Positions 1 through 10,039 are shown, counted from the stretch's first letter. The stretch: DNA of 64,000 nt from Verrucomicrobiota bacterium (GCA_049510745.1 JBEKYR010000001.1:192001-256000); one strand, 5' to 3'. Numbers and translations are program-made. The notes: generated by a model from the letters alone, not told the origin.

Positions 1-100
1 GACCAAATTCGACCAAAAAAACATTAGTCGGAACTTCGAACTCGTGTCCGCCATCCAATTTCTTTGGTTGCGGCTTGTCGGGCGCGGCGCGCGGATGCGC

Positions 101-511
101 TCACGCCGCCGGTTTGCGCCCTTTCCGCAAACAGTCGAGGCTCAACGCCCCCGCCCCGGCGGCGGAAAGATAGAGAAAGATGAGACAATAAACCACGGCC
201 AATTCACCGCCGTTTTGCACCGGCCAGAACCCCTGTTTGGCGTGCGCCATGAAATAGGCGAACGCCATTTGCCCCGATAATATGAACGCCACCGGCCGCG
301 TGAACAGTCCGACAAGAACGAGCGCGCCTCCGCCTAATTCCAAAATGCCCGCCACTCCGAGCAGGGATTGCAGCGGGACAGTGCCGTGTCCCGCCGGGTA
401 GTTGAAGAGTTTCTGCCCGCCATGCTGCATAAAGAGAATCGCCACAGCAATTCGCAGGACCGCCCGCAGCCAAAAGGCGCATCTGCCGCAACCGCAATTC
501 GAGTCAGCCAT
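101..511 (-). CDS. DoxX family membrane protein
   Basis: LRIAVAILFMQHGGQKLF, ELGGGALVLVGLFTR and NGGELAVVY motifs; four hydrophobic segments. Confidence 0.9.
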   Translation of the reverse strand: MADSNCGCGRCAFWLRAVLRIAVAILFMQHGGQKLFNYPAGHGTVPLQSLLGVAGILELGGGALVLVGLFTRPVAFILSGQMAFAYFMAHAKQGFWPVQNGGELAVVYCLIFLYLSAAGAGALSLDCLRKGRKPAA

Positions 512-559
512 AGGACTGAAACTTGGGCCGCGACAGGCATTCTGTCAACTCAGCCTTGT

Positions 560-1480
560 TCACCGGTCGCGTTTCAGCAGGTATTCCGCCAGCGCCGCCA
601 GGGCGGGCGCCTTTCCCTCGAAGCTCTCCAGCGCGCGAAAGGCCCGCCCCGTCAGTTGCGCCGCGATCTCCCGCGATCTTTCCAGGCCGACAATCGACGG
701 ATAGGTGGCCTTCCGGGCCGCTTGGTCTTTCCCGGCGGTCTTGCCCAATTGCTCGCTGCTTTGCGTCACGTCCAGAATGTCATCAATAATTTGGAAGGCC
801 AGCCCGACGTGGTGGCCGAAATCGCTCAATGCCTCCAACTGGGCGGCGGTGCAGTTGGCGCTCATCCCGCCCAAACGCACCGCGCAGCGCAGCAGGGCGG
901 ACGTTTTCCGCTCGTGAATGTATCTGAGCTGGCCGGCGGAAATCTTTTTCCCCTCGCCTTCCAAGTCGGCCACCTGCCCGGCGATGAGTTGTCTGGAGCC
1001 GGCCGCCTGTGCCAGTTCCAGCACGATCTCGCGGTGCGAATAACGCGGCCAGCCCCGGCACCGGCACGCCAGGGCAAAAGCCTCTGTCAACAACGCGTCC
1101 CCCGCCAGGATCGCCATCCCTTCGCCAAAGACCTTGTGGCTGGTCGGCTTCCCCCGGCGCAAATCGTCGTCGTCCATCGCCGGCAAATCGTCGTGGATGA
1201 GCGAATAGGTATGGATGCACTCGACGGCGCAGGCCAGGGGCAGGGCGTCGTCCGGGCGTCCGCCGCAGGCCTCCGCCGCCGCCAGGCAAAGGGCCGGGCG
1301 CATCCGTTTTCCTCCGGCGAAGAGGGAGTAGCGCATCGCCTTGTGGATGGTCGCGGGTTTGGCCGTGGGCGGCGGCAAAAGGCGGTTCAAGGCGCGGTCC
1401 ACCGCGGCCGTGCGCCGCGCCAGATAACCCCGCAAATCGAAGGCCCGATCGGACCGGTTTTTCCCGCTAATAAATGACAT
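560..1480 (-). CDS. ispA: Polyprenyl (farnesyl/geranylgeranyl) diphosphate synthase
   Basis: GGKRMRP, first Asp-rich motif HDDLPAMDDDDLRRGKPT, second motif FQIIDDILD, GKTAGKD. Confidence 0.93.
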   Translation of the reverse strand: MSFISGKNRSDRAFDLRGYLARRTAAVDRALNRLLPPPTAKPATIHKAMRYSLFAGGKRMRPALCLAAAEACGGRPDDALPLACAVECIHTYSLIHDDLPAMDDDDLRRGKPTSHKVFGEGMAILAGDALLTEAFALACRCRGWPRYSHREIVLELAQAAGSRQLIAGQVADLEGEGKKISAGQLRYIHERKTSALLRCAVRLGGMSANCTAAQLEALSDFGHHVGLAFQIIDDILDVTQSSEQLGKTAGKDQAARKATYPSIVGLERSREIAAQLTGRAFRALESFEGKAPALAALAEYLLKRDR

Positions 1481-1601
1481 CAGCGGTTTAGGTGCAAAAA
1501 CCGCGGCCGAAAATCAAGACTTTTCGGGCTGGACACATCGCTTCGCCCCGATGATTTTTTTTGAAACCTGGCCGGGCCGGGAAGCGTCTGCCCTGTTAAC
1601 T

Positions 1602-1970
1602 ATGAAAAATTTATCGTTCCGCTCGCTCCTCCTTCCATTGGTGGTGGGATGCTTCTTGGCCTTCACCGGCAGCCTCGATGCCGCCCCGGTCGATCTGTTG
1701 CGCCAGGCCTATGTCACCCTGGCCCAGGCCGACCACGACTACAAGGGCCACCGGATTGCGGCCATGAAACAGATCGAAGCCGCCGGGAAGGTGCTGGGGG
1801 TGAGCCTGCGTGGCGACGGCAAAAACCGCGAAAAGCAGGGTATATCCGATGAAAACCTCCGCGCCGCCCGCAGCCTTCTACAGGACGCCGCCAGCGGCCT
1901 GAGCGGCAAGGCATTGAAGCACGTTCGCGCGGCGGAGAAACAGATCAACACCGCGCTCGCCATCAAGTAA
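1602..1970 (+). CDS. Small secreted helical hypothetical protein
   Basis: Signal peptide from ATG 1602 (MKNLSFRSLLLPLVVG...LDA); helical body with DHDYKGHR. Confidence 0.7.
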   Translation: MKNLSFRSLLLPLVVGCFLAFTGSLDAAPVDLLRQAYVTLAQADHDYKGHRIAAMKQIEAAGKVLGVSLRGDGKNREKQGISDENLRAARSLLQDAASGLSGKALKHVRAAEKQINTALAIK

Positions 1971-1988
1971 CGCCGCCTCCGGCAGCAC

Positions 1989-2011
1989 GGTCTTGGTGGG
2001 ATGCCAAGACC
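1989..2011. terminator. Hairpin between convergent genes, possible terminator
   Basis: GGTCTTGG-tgggatg-CCAAGACC, 8-bp stem; no U-tract. Confidence 0.35.
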
Positions 2012-2043
2012 CTTGGCAGGGCCGAGGCCACCGGCCTGATCGC

Positions 2044-3021
2044 TTAATCCGGATATGGCCCAAGAAATCTTTCGCCGTTAAAATGAATGAGATGTGACGG
2101 GCTTTCAGCCACCCAGACCTCCGTCTCCCACGAAATCTGCGAAAGAAAGCTCTGCATGGATCGACGCGTTTCAAAAGCCGTCACGAATACCAGGCTCGAG
2201 CGGCATCCTTTGAACAACTCCTTCAATTCGTTCCGCCGTTTCCAATCCACCGCTCCCGCGCTGGTCACGGCTTCCACCAACAGCAGCCAGTTGCGCCGGG
2301 TGTCATGCACCACAACGTCGGGCATCTTTGCCGCCGGAGCGATCACGACGCCAAGACCTTCCAGGTAGGCCGCTTCCAAATGCAGGAACTTGCTCTCCGC
2401 ATCGCCGATGTAAACGACCGTCCCTCCCGGCGCGAAGCGCGGAAAGAATTCCTCGATGATTTGTTTGATGAGCGGATTCTGCCCGCCCGGCGAAAGCATC
2501 ACCGTTTGGCCTGAAGGCAATTTAACCGGAATACGTGCCAGGTTGCGCTCGCGCCGCGCCATTTGGCGAATCTCTTCCCGGCCCGCCAAATACTCTTTCA
2601 ACTGCCCCAGCCATGAGTTTGTTCCATACTTGCGCAATAGTGCCAGCGCTGTCGGTTCGACTTGATAAACGGTCTTTCCACTGTTGGTCGGGCGATTGGG
2701 ATCGTCCGGGTTTCGCAGCACCAAGCCTGCTTCAACGAAGTACTTGACTGCCTCGTCACGGATCGTCTCCCGCGTGTTTGGGGCGTATCTGACGCCGTAG
2801 GATTCCGCGATAAACCGGATGATGGGCGTGATGCCCCGGAGCGGATTTGAGGCCGCTTTCCACGGCGCACTGGCTCTCAATTCGAGCAGCGCAAGAAGGG
2901 TGTAAGCCGCGACTTCATTGCTCTGCCTCGGGCCAAAGCCAAAGCACTTCAGGATTTCCATCGCCTCCGCCATCTTTCGGCTTCGGGCGGCGGTTGCGGC
3001 GCGCGTGCTCGGGGCAGCCAT
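2044..3021 (-). CDS. BsuBI/PstI family type II restriction endonuclease
   Basis: YAPNTRETIRD, RPTNSGKTVYQ, LSPGGQNPLIKQIIEEF and KMPDVVVH...LVEAVTS catalytic region; overlaps the methyltransferase stop. Confidence 0.92.
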   Translation of the reverse strand: MAAPSTRAATAARSRKMAEAMEILKCFGFGPRQSNEVAAYTLLALLELRASAPWKAASNPLRGITPIIRFIAESYGVRYAPNTRETIRDEAVKYFVEAGLVLRNPDDPNRPTNSGKTVYQVEPTALALLRKYGTNSWLGQLKEYLAGREEIRQMARRERNLARIPVKLPSGQTVMLSPGGQNPLIKQIIEEFFPRFAPGGTVVYIGDAESKFLHLEAAYLEGLGVVIAPAAKMPDVVVHDTRRNWLLLVEAVTSAGAVDWKRRNELKELFKGCRSSLVFVTAFETRRSMQSFLSQISWETEVWVAESPSHLIHFNGERFLGPYPD

Positions 3022-4541
3022 CAGACCAGCTCCTTTTCAACCATCGCTTCCAATTCGATGCCATCGGGAAACGTCTCGCCAATTTTCCGACCGATCGCTT
3101 CGAGTTGCGCGCGAGTTGGGTAGTGCAACTTCCGCAGGTCGGTCGCGTTGACCTGAGTGTGGCCGTTGAATTGGCGGAAATAGACATCGACCAGGGCCGA
3201 GTTCAAGAAGGCGGTCAAACCCTTGGCCAGGTCCATTGGCAGACCACGCCCGCGAGCGTGGAAGTAGTTCAAATGATTCTCGAAGCCAACCCGCGCGGCG
3301 CGGATGCGATGCGGGTCATAGACGCAGGCGACCAGCCGTCGCCGCTCTTCCTTGGATGTAAAGCGTTTCACCAACACGTAAATCGCTCCCCGCACCAGGA
3401 GTTCTTGGGTCTGCTCGGTGTCGGCGATGGCATTCGGTTTTCGTCCAACCGGTTTGGGCCAATGCACGAAGCCGGCGTTGAAATGGCACGGATAGATCAG
3501 CGGCACAGTGTCGTCTCGCGCTTCGCCCACAAGAAACCGCCTCGCGCGAAAATCCACCACGCGCCCCGTCGAGACTTCCAATCCAAGCTGCGCCAGTAAA
3601 GTGGTAAAGCGCGCCATTTTCAACCGGGCGGCTTCATCCGCCTGGCCTGTGACGAGGTGAATAAACCGGTCCGGATCGCAAGGACAAACTACTTCGGAGT
3701 AGGGAGACGCGCGAGATCGAACGTCGCCGCCCCGTTCTCCGCTACTGGCGGAGATGATGACGAACCGGGGTTTCTCGCGTGACTTCACCGCATGAATAAT
3801 AATGTTCTCCTGCAGAACCTCCTCCTGACGGAACGCGGCAGACCGCGAGTCGAAAACATGCACTCGCCGCAGCGACATCATGTCGAGAAACTGTTCCCGG
3901 AATGGTTTGAAATAAGGGCCATTGCAAAAACTCCGCGGACAGATGGCAACCATTTCGCCTTCTTCGCGGAGAAGTTTGGCGGCGAGGGCGAGAAATCCCG
4001 TGTAGAGATTTGTCGTTTCAATGCCCGCTTCGCGCAGCAGGCGCCGCGTTTTCGAATCACTCTTAATTTTGCGGTAGGGTGGATTGAGAATAGCGGCGTT
4101 GTAAGGCGTTGTGGAGGCGCCGAACAAATCGCGGCGCGCGTTCGAAACCGCGACTTCAATGAAATCCTCGCCGTGAAGCTCGGCGGAAAACTGAATCCCG
4201 CTTCGACCGCACTCGGCCGCGCACCACCGCAAAGTCCGCTCTAGGGCCGGATGGATTCCCCGGTCAATCTCGTAGGCCGCAACGAAAATCCGTTTTGGCG
4301 GGCTGCCGCTGGCGCACCACCTTCTTACGAACGCAGCGGTCAGCGCCCCGCTTCCGGCCCCCGCGTCCAAGAGTCGTATCTCCGCCGGGTGGGCTTCGAA
4401 CAGAGATGCCATGAACGAGCCGATATCATCAGGGGTCAAGAATTGCCCCAACTCCTGTTTCCTCCCGGCGTCGGGATCGGCGGCCAGCCTGGAACGCCCA
4501 CTTTCACCGACGGCACTTCGAACTGAATCCAGCGCCTGCAT
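3021..4541 (-). CDS. BsuBI/PstI-type N6-adenine DNA methyltransferase
   Basis: LGQFLTP, motif I LDAGAGSG, motif IV NPPY, C-terminal FNGHTQVNATDL; ATG 4541 preferred over TTG 4550. Confidence 0.92.
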   Translation of the reverse strand: MQALDSVRSAVGESGRSRLAADPDAGRKQELGQFLTPDDIGSFMASLFEAHPAEIRLLDAGAGSGALTAAFVRRWCASGSPPKRIFVAAYEIDRGIHPALERTLRWCAAECGRSGIQFSAELHGEDFIEVAVSNARRDLFGASTTPYNAAILNPPYRKIKSDSKTRRLLREAGIETTNLYTGFLALAAKLLREEGEMVAICPRSFCNGPYFKPFREQFLDMMSLRRVHVFDSRSAAFRQEEVLQENIIIHAVKSREKPRFVIISASSGERGGDVRSRASPYSEVVCPCDPDRFIHLVTGQADEAARLKMARFTTLLAQLGLEVSTGRVVDFRARRFLVGEARDDTVPLIYPCHFNAGFVHWPKPVGRKPNAIADTEQTQELLVRGAIYVLVKRFTSKEERRRLVACVYDPHRIRAARVGFENHLNYFHARGRGLPMDLAKGLTAFLNSALVDVYFRQFNGHTQVNATDLRKLHYPTRAQLEAIGRKIGETFPDGIELEAMVEKELV

Positions 4542-4696
4542 CGCAGCCAAGTTTAATCAGCCGTTCCGTTGACGCAAGGTTCGCGTTGGATGAATTTTTG
4601 TGGTTTTGACCCCGTTCCGATGGCGTGATGGCGGCGTGATTTTTTGCCGCTTTTTTAAGTTGCGTTCGATTTTCCAGCAGGTAGCTTAGACGGCTC

Positions 4697-4951
4697 GTGA
4701 ACAGCGAATACGTAAAGCAAGCTCTGGCCAAGGTGGGCAACCCCAATGTCCTGGTCAATCTTATCTCACGCCGCGTCCGGCAATTGACTTCCGGCGGCGG
4801 CAACAGCCGTCCGCTCATCGATCAGCCGGGCACCTTGGGGGCGGCGGACATCGCCTTGCTCGAACTCATCGAGGGCAAAATGGGCTTCGAAGCCAACCTG
4901 GAGGCCGAGGAGGAAGCGCAGCCGGTGGCCAAGAAACGACGCGGACGCTGA
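4697..4951 (+). CDS. rpoZ: RNA polymerase omega subunit
   Basis: AKVGNPNVLVNLISRRVRQL...DIALLELIEGK omega-like motifs. Confidence 0.8.
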   Translation: MNSEYVKQALAKVGNPNVLVNLISRRVRQLTSGGGNSRPLIDQPGTLGAADIALLELIEGKMGFEANLEAEEEAQPVAKKRRGR

Positions 4952-5001
4952 GGCCCGCTCCGCGCCGCGCGCCGCCGAGGGCTGCCATGCGCCTGCAGCT
5001 T

Positions 5002-5457
5002 ATGGCCGAAATCCTGCACAATTCCAAAGCCCGGCGCGATTACCTCATTCTGGATACCTTCGAGGCCGGCATTGTCCTGCACGGGTCGGAGGTCAAAACG
5101 CTCCGCGCCGGCAAAGCGCAGATCAACGATGCCTTCGGCCGCGTGGAGAAAAACGAAGTCTGGCTTTACAACGCGCACATTGACGAATACGCCCAGGCCA
5201 ACCGCTTCGGCCATCAGCCCAAGGCGCCGCGGAAATTGCTGCTGCACAAGTCGGAAATCCGCAAGCTTTTCTCCCTGGCCTCCGTCAAAGGCAACGCCCT
5301 GATTCCCCTCTCGGTTTATTGGAAAAACGGCAAGGTCAAAGTCGCCCTCGCCGTCGGCAAGGGAAAAGTCGAGTTCGACAAACGGCAGGACATCAAGGAA
5401 CGCGACGCGGACCGCGAATTGAAACGGGCGACGATGCGGCGGTTGAAACGAAAATAG
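5002..5457 (+). CDS. smpB: SsrA-binding protein
   Basis: NSKARRDY, FEAGIVLHGSEVKTLR, RKLLLHKSEI, GKGKVEFDKR. Confidence 0.97.
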   Translation: MAEILHNSKARRDYLILDTFEAGIVLHGSEVKTLRAGKAQINDAFGRVEKNEVWLYNAHIDEYAQANRFGHQPKAPRKLLLHKSEIRKLFSLASVKGNALIPLSVYWKNGKVKVALAVGKGKVEFDKRQDIKERDADRELKRATMRRLKRK

Positions 5458-5469
5458 CCGCAAAGGGCT

Positions 5470-5742
5470 TTACGTGGCGGCGGGCGCCGGCGCCGTTTTG
5501 CTCCAACGCCGCTTGGGCGCTTTGCGCACAAGGCCTTTTTTGAGCGCCCGCGCCGAGACGCGGATGTAGCGGACTTCGCCGTCAATGAGGGCCTTGACGC
5601 GTTGCAGGTTGGGCAGGAAACGCCGCTTGGTAATGGCGGTGATGTGCGTGCCGATGCCACCCTTTTTCTTGGCCTTGCCGCTGCGCCAAATGTGACTGCC
5701 CTTGATCGGGCCTACTCCGGTAAGTTCGCAAAATCGGGACAT
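5470..5742 (-). CDS. rpmB: 50S ribosomal protein L28 (PVC-type long form, single Cys)
   Basis: MSRFCELTG...TKRRFLPNLQ...VSARALK with KAKKKGGIG insertion. Confidence 0.95.
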   Translation of the reverse strand: MSRFCELTGVGPIKGSHIWRSGKAKKKGGIGTHITAITKRRFLPNLQRVKALIDGEVRYIRVSARALKKGLVRKAPKRRWSKTAPAPAAT

Positions 5743-5763
5743 AATGTTATTTCAAAGCCGGAC

Positions 5764-5818
5764 AATCTGAATCATATCGGCCTGGGGTTCAAGTATTAAT
5801 TTTTGGGTATTAATTTTT
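5764..5818 (-). promoter_or_regulatory. Putative rpmB promoter with upstream AT-rich direct repeat
   Basis: Minus strand TTGAAC-N17-CAGATT; GTATTAATTTTT repeated at 5793-5804 and 5807-5818. Confidence 0.45.
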
Positions 5819-5880
5819 CCACGGAGGCGGATCGTCTTGCGCGCGCCCGGAACGACTCCGCGCCCGCCTCTGCGCGGCCT

Positions 5881-7065
5881 TTACGGCGACTGGAACGTCC
5901 ATTGTTGGTTGGACCCTGCGTCAAAAGACAATAGTTTGCCGCTGCCTGCGTTGACCAAACCGTAGGAGCCGTTTGCGTTGGACACCATCGTCCACTTTTG
6001 GTTGTTGCCGTTGGTATAGTCGGCGATGTTCACTGAGGCGCCGTCGGTCTTGGCGGCGCCCGCCACCTGCAAAGCGCGCCCGCTTTGGCGGCCAAAAATG
6101 GCGTATTGGCTGGAGCCTAAATGGGCCAAGGTCCATTGTTGGTTCAGCCCTGCGTTGTAAGGCGATTGATCGAGCGAGGAGTTATTGGCCGTGGCTTGAT
6201 TGCCCAAACCCAGGGCCTCTCCCGTGCTTTGCGCCACAATTTTCCACGCCCCGTTGGCGATCGGACCGGCGCCGACGCCGGACACGTTGAGCCGCCTGAC
6301 AACGATATTCGATGCATACGTATAAGTGGTGAAGGAAGGGCCTGGCGCGCCGGACGATCCCTCCATCTGGAAGTCGATGATCAGCCAGCAAGGCCGGCCC
6401 GCGAACGTCGTCGAGGTTTGCTCGGATTCCATCGCGCCGTCAATGTAGTAGTGGAAATCCACCCTGTTTGAATTCTCCAGGCAGGCGACGACTCGATAGG
6501 TGTGCCAGGCGGTGTCGGCGGTCGGAATCGTCGTCGTATGAACCTGCCACCGGCCGTTGTAGGTATTCTGCAGGCAGCTTGAGTTACCCTTGAATTCCAT
6601 CACATCGCTTTCCGGCGGCCAACCATGCGCGCCGGTCAGCCAGAAGGCCGGCCACGTGCCGGTCAGCGTCGGCGCCTTGAATTGGCCGCTGATGTCCCAG
6701 ACCGGATACTGCGGGCTGATGGTGATTTCCTGCTTGAGGTAGAAAGTCCCCGAGTTGTAACGAATCGTCAAGTGGGGATTGGCCGTGCTGACCCCTTCGT
6801 ACTTGTTGGTCAGCGACGACGTCAAAGTCACCGTTCCGCCCGAGACGGTGATATTGGTGGCGTTCATGACCGCGCTGCCGTTGTGATTGGTGCCCCAGGG
6901 ATAATTGTAATTCCACGAACTCTCAAAGGCGCTGGCGCAGTTGAAGGAGTCGCCGCTGACCAATGTGTCCCAGGTGGCGCTGGCTTGGACCGGCCCTGGC
7001 TGCATCAAAAACAGCGACGCGGCCAGACAGGCGTCTTGAATCCAACTCACGCCTTTCCGCTTCAT
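5881..7065 (-). CDS. Secreted GH16 glycoside hydrolase (endo-beta-1,3-galactanase-like) with C-terminal ricin-B/CBM13 domain
   Basis: WPAFWLTG..WPPESDVMEFKG (E-x-D-x-x-E), YPWGTNHNGSA, NQQW/NQKW ricin repeats, signal peptide. Confidence 0.82.
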   Translation of the reverse strand: MKRKGVSWIQDACLAASLFLMQPGPVQASATWDTLVSGDSFNCASAFESSWNYNYPWGTNHNGSAVMNATNITVSGGTVTLTSSLTNKYEGVSTANPHLTIRYNSGTFYLKQEITISPQYPVWDISGQFKAPTLTGTWPAFWLTGAHGWPPESDVMEFKGNSSCLQNTYNGRWQVHTTTIPTADTAWHTYRVVACLENSNRVDFHYYIDGAMESEQTSTTFAGRPCWLIIDFQMEGSSGAPGPSFTTYTYASNIVVRRLNVSGVGAGPIANGAWKIVAQSTGEALGLGNQATANNSSLDQSPYNAGLNQQWTLAHLGSSQYAIFGRQSGRALQVAGAAKTDGASVNIADYTNGNNQKWTMVSNANGSYGLVNAGSGKLLSFDAGSNQQWTFQSP

Positions 7066-7162
7066 TCTGGGTGAATTCCATAAACACGGGGTCTGAGCAA
7101 GCCAATTCCATTGCGCGAACGGGTAATCATTGGAGTCCGCGATCGGGGCGCTGAACTCCTTT

Positions 7163-7207
7163 TTTTACAAAACCATGACATTTGTGCTCCTCACGATTGG
7201 CTAATCT
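7163..7207 (+). promoter_or_regulatory. Putative response-regulator box plus -10 upstream of the kinase operon
   Basis: TTTTACAAAACCATGACA, 16/18 identical to 10040-10057, followed by TAATCT at the same spacing. Confidence 0.55.
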
Positions 7208-7234
7208 GGCTATCAATGAAGTGATCCAGCGCTC

Positions 7235-9358
7235 ATGGCAAAATTCAGTCCCAGTCAAAAACCAGGATTCTTCTGGCAGGGAGTGTTGATTCTGCTGCCG
7301 GTGGCTGCGCTGGCAGTCGTCAGCCTGGTTTCGTTGCGTCAGGATGAGCGGGCCGCCGAAGAGGAGGCCCGCCACCGCGCCGCCGAAAATGCGCAGAGCC
7401 TCGCCCGCGCCGTGCGTCCTCTTGTGGATGACGAGCTGCACCGTTTCCTCACGCTGCAAAATGATTGGATGACGGGATTGCACTCCGCCAGCCAGCCCTT
7501 GGTCAGCATGGCGTTTCCCCCCTCAACGTTATCAGCAGACATCGAAAAGTGGGAGCAGGATTATCCGGGACTCAAGCTGGCGGATTTGGCCACGCCGCAC
7601 GGTGAAATCTTGACAGATGGCCGGCAGATCGAGCCGCCGGAATATCCCCCTGTTCCCGCCCCGCCCAACTGGTTTCAGGAACTTTCGCCGCGGCAAAAAA
7701 GCCAGTGGGAAGATTTCCGTTCCGCCGCCAACCCCACAGAAATCAAAACGCGCCTGCAATCTTTTCTTGCCGGCAATCCGTCCGAGGATGCCCGGCTGGC
7801 GGCGCTTTGCCTGACCTATCCGCCGGAACAAATTCTCGGCGGCGTCCGTTTGCTGGCGGCGGAATCGGGAATTTCCTTTCAAGACATTGCTTGCTCTCGC
7901 CTGCTTTCCGCCACAAACGCGCGCCTGTCGGTCTCGCTTCTCAATTCCGTGTGGCATCAGGCGATTGAAAATCCTTCGTTCGTCGCGCCCAGATTGCTGG
8001 AGCTGGCCCAAGGATTGACCAACCGGGCGGACGCCGTCCTCCGGCAGAAGTTTTTTTGGATGCAATTGTTCTGCAACTGCCAGGCGCGCGCTGCGGAATG
8101 TCTTGGTCCCATTCGACGGCTGCCAGAATTGCAGCCTTGGAAATCGCTTTGCTGGTCGCATTGGACAGACCATCCCGAAATGCTGGCGATTTTTGAACCG
8201 ATGACATCTGTGCGTCCGGGAGTTGATGCGCAGGGCGTGTCGCCCTCCGGCCGGGGCTACCAAGTCTGGTTTGTGCCGGGCGCGGTGGTCGAAGCCATCT
8301 TTGCCAGGGCGCTGAGGGAGAATAAATTTTTGATCCCGGCATATGCTCGAGCCGCCGTCACGATTGAAGGAAAGCCGCTGCGTTCGCGCGGCGAGACCGC
8401 GGCCGGCAGTGAAGAAAATCTTCTCGGAAGCGCCGTGCAGAAGGCGGGGAATTACTTTGCGCGGGATGCCATCCGCTTCGACCTGAAACTTTTTCTCACC
8501 AGCCGGGAACAGATGCTTTCCGCCGAGCGGCGGCGGGCAAGACTTTTTGCCGGGTTGATCCTGGGAACGGTGTTCGCGGCGCTGGCGGGCTGGCTGGCGG
8601 CGTGGCGCGCTTTTCACCGGCAATTGCAGCTCAATGAAATGAAATCCAATTTCGTCTCCAGCGTCTCGCATGAGTTGCGCGCGCCCATTGCCGCCGTGCG
8701 CCTGATGGCGGAGAATCTGGAACGCGGCAAAATTCCGGACACGCCCCGGCAGAACGAATACTTCCGTTTCATCGTGCAGGAGTGCCGCCGGCTTTCCTCG
8801 CTCATCGAAAACGTGCTGGATTTCTCGCGCATCGAACAGGGCCGCAAACAGTACGAATTCGAACCAACCGATCTTGTGGCGCTGGCGCGGACCACGGTGA
8901 AACTTATGGAACCCGGCGCGGCGGAAAAAGACGTGAAGCTGGAAATAGCGCCGGCCGCGCCGGAGCAAGGCGCAGGCGGGAACATCGAATTGAACGTGGA
9001 TGGCCGCGCGCTTCAGCAGGCGCTGGTCAACCTGATTGACAACGCCATCAAACATTCGCCCAAGGGCCAAACGGTGACGGTGGGAGTGGAAATGAAAAAT
9101 GGACCCGCCGCGACGACCGTTCATATATTCGTTTCCGACCACGGCCCCGGCATCCCGGCGGCGGAGCATGAGAAGATTTTCGAGCGGTTTTACCGGCGCG
9201 GTTCCGAGTTGCGCCGTGAAACCCAAGGTGTTGGAATCGGCTTGAGCATCGTGCAACACATCGTCGCGGCGCACGGCGGGCGCGTGGTTGTGCGGAGCGA
9301 AGTTGGCAAAGGCAGCCGGTTCACCATCGAATTGCCGGTGAGGAATCAAAATGAATGA
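7235..9358 (+). CDS. Membrane sensor histidine kinase
   Basis: Two TM segments, H-box VSHELRAP, N-box NLIDNAIKH, G1 DHGPGI, G2 GVGIGL. Confidence 0.95.
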   Translation: MAKFSPSQKPGFFWQGVLILLPVAALAVVSLVSLRQDERAAEEEARHRAAENAQSLARAVRPLVDDELHRFLTLQNDWMTGLHSASQPLVSMAFPPSTLSADIEKWEQDYPGLKLADLATPHGEILTDGRQIEPPEYPPVPAPPNWFQELSPRQKSQWEDFRSAANPTEIKTRLQSFLAGNPSEDARLAALCLTYPPEQILGGVRLLAAESGISFQDIACSRLLSATNARLSVSLLNSVWHQAIENPSFVAPRLLELAQGLTNRADAVLRQKFFWMQLFCNCQARAAECLGPIRRLPELQPWKSLCWSHWTDHPEMLAIFEPMTSVRPGVDAQGVSPSGRGYQVWFVPGAVVEAIFARALRENKFLIPAYARAAVTIEGKPLRSRGETAAGSEENLLGSAVQKAGNYFARDAIRFDLKLFLTSREQMLSAERRRARLFAGLILGTVFAALAGWLAAWRAFHRQLQLNEMKSNFVSSVSHELRAPIAAVRLMAENLERGKIPDTPRQNEYFRFIVQECRRLSSLIENVLDFSRIEQGRKQYEFEPTDLVALARTTVKLMEPGAAEKDVKLEIAPAAPEQGAGGNIELNVDGRALQQALVNLIDNAIKHSPKGQTVTVGVEMKNGPAATTVHIFVSDHGPGIPAAEHEKIFERFYRRGSELRRETQGVGIGLSIVQHIVAAHGGRVVVRSEVGKGSRFTIELPVRNQNE

Positions 9359-10034
9359 ACGGATTTTGATCATCGAAGACGAAGTGGCCATGCGCACGGC
9401 GCTGGCCGACTTGCTCTCCGTCGAGGGCTACCGGGTGCTCTCGGCCGCGGACGGGGAGAGCGGCCTCCGGCGCGCCCTGGATGAAAAACCCGCCCTCATC
9501 CTGCTCGACATCATGATGCCCAAGCTGGACGGCTTCGCTTTGTGCGCCGAGTTGCGCCGCCTCGCCAACCCCGTGCCGGTCCTCATGCTCACGGCCAAAG
9601 GCCAGGTCGAGGACCGCGTCGCCGGCCTGGACGCCGGGGCGGACGATTATCTGGTCAAACCGTTCAGCACCGAGGAACTGCTCGCCCGCGTGCGCGCGCT
9701 GCTGCGGCGCGTGGAACGGAAAACCCGGCTGCCGGCGAAATTGAAATTGGGCGAGGTGGAAATTGACCTGGCCCGGCAGACCGCCGTGCGCGGCAAACGT
9801 CCCGTTCATCTCACGGCCAAGGAGTTTGCCATGCTGCGCTTGATGGCCGAGGCCGAGGGCGAACCGGTCACGCGCGAAAAGTTTCTCGACGCCGTCTGGG
9901 GTTACACCGCCTTTCCGACCACCCGCACGGTGGACAACCACATCGCCAGCCTGCGCGCCAAACTGGAGAAAAACCCCGACGCCCCGCGCCACCTCAAGAC
10001 CGTGCATGGCGTGGGCTACAAACTGGAGTTCTGA
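9351..10034 (+). CDS. OmpR-family response regulator
   Basis: IIEDE, LLDIMMP, LTA, KPF receiver motifs; winged helix TRTVDNHIASLRAKLE...GVGYK. Confidence 0.96.
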   Translation: MNERILIIEDEVAMRTALADLLSVEGYRVLSAADGESGLRRALDEKPALILLDIMMPKLDGFALCAELRRLANPVPVLMLTAKGQVEDRVAGLDAGADDYLVKPFSTEELLARVRALLRRVERKTRLPAKLKLGEVEIDLARQTAVRGKRPVHLTAKEFAMLRLMAEAEGEPVTREKFLDAVWGYTAFPTTRTVDNHIASLRAKLEKNPDAPRHLKTVHGVGYKLEF

Positions 10035-10039
10035 AACGA

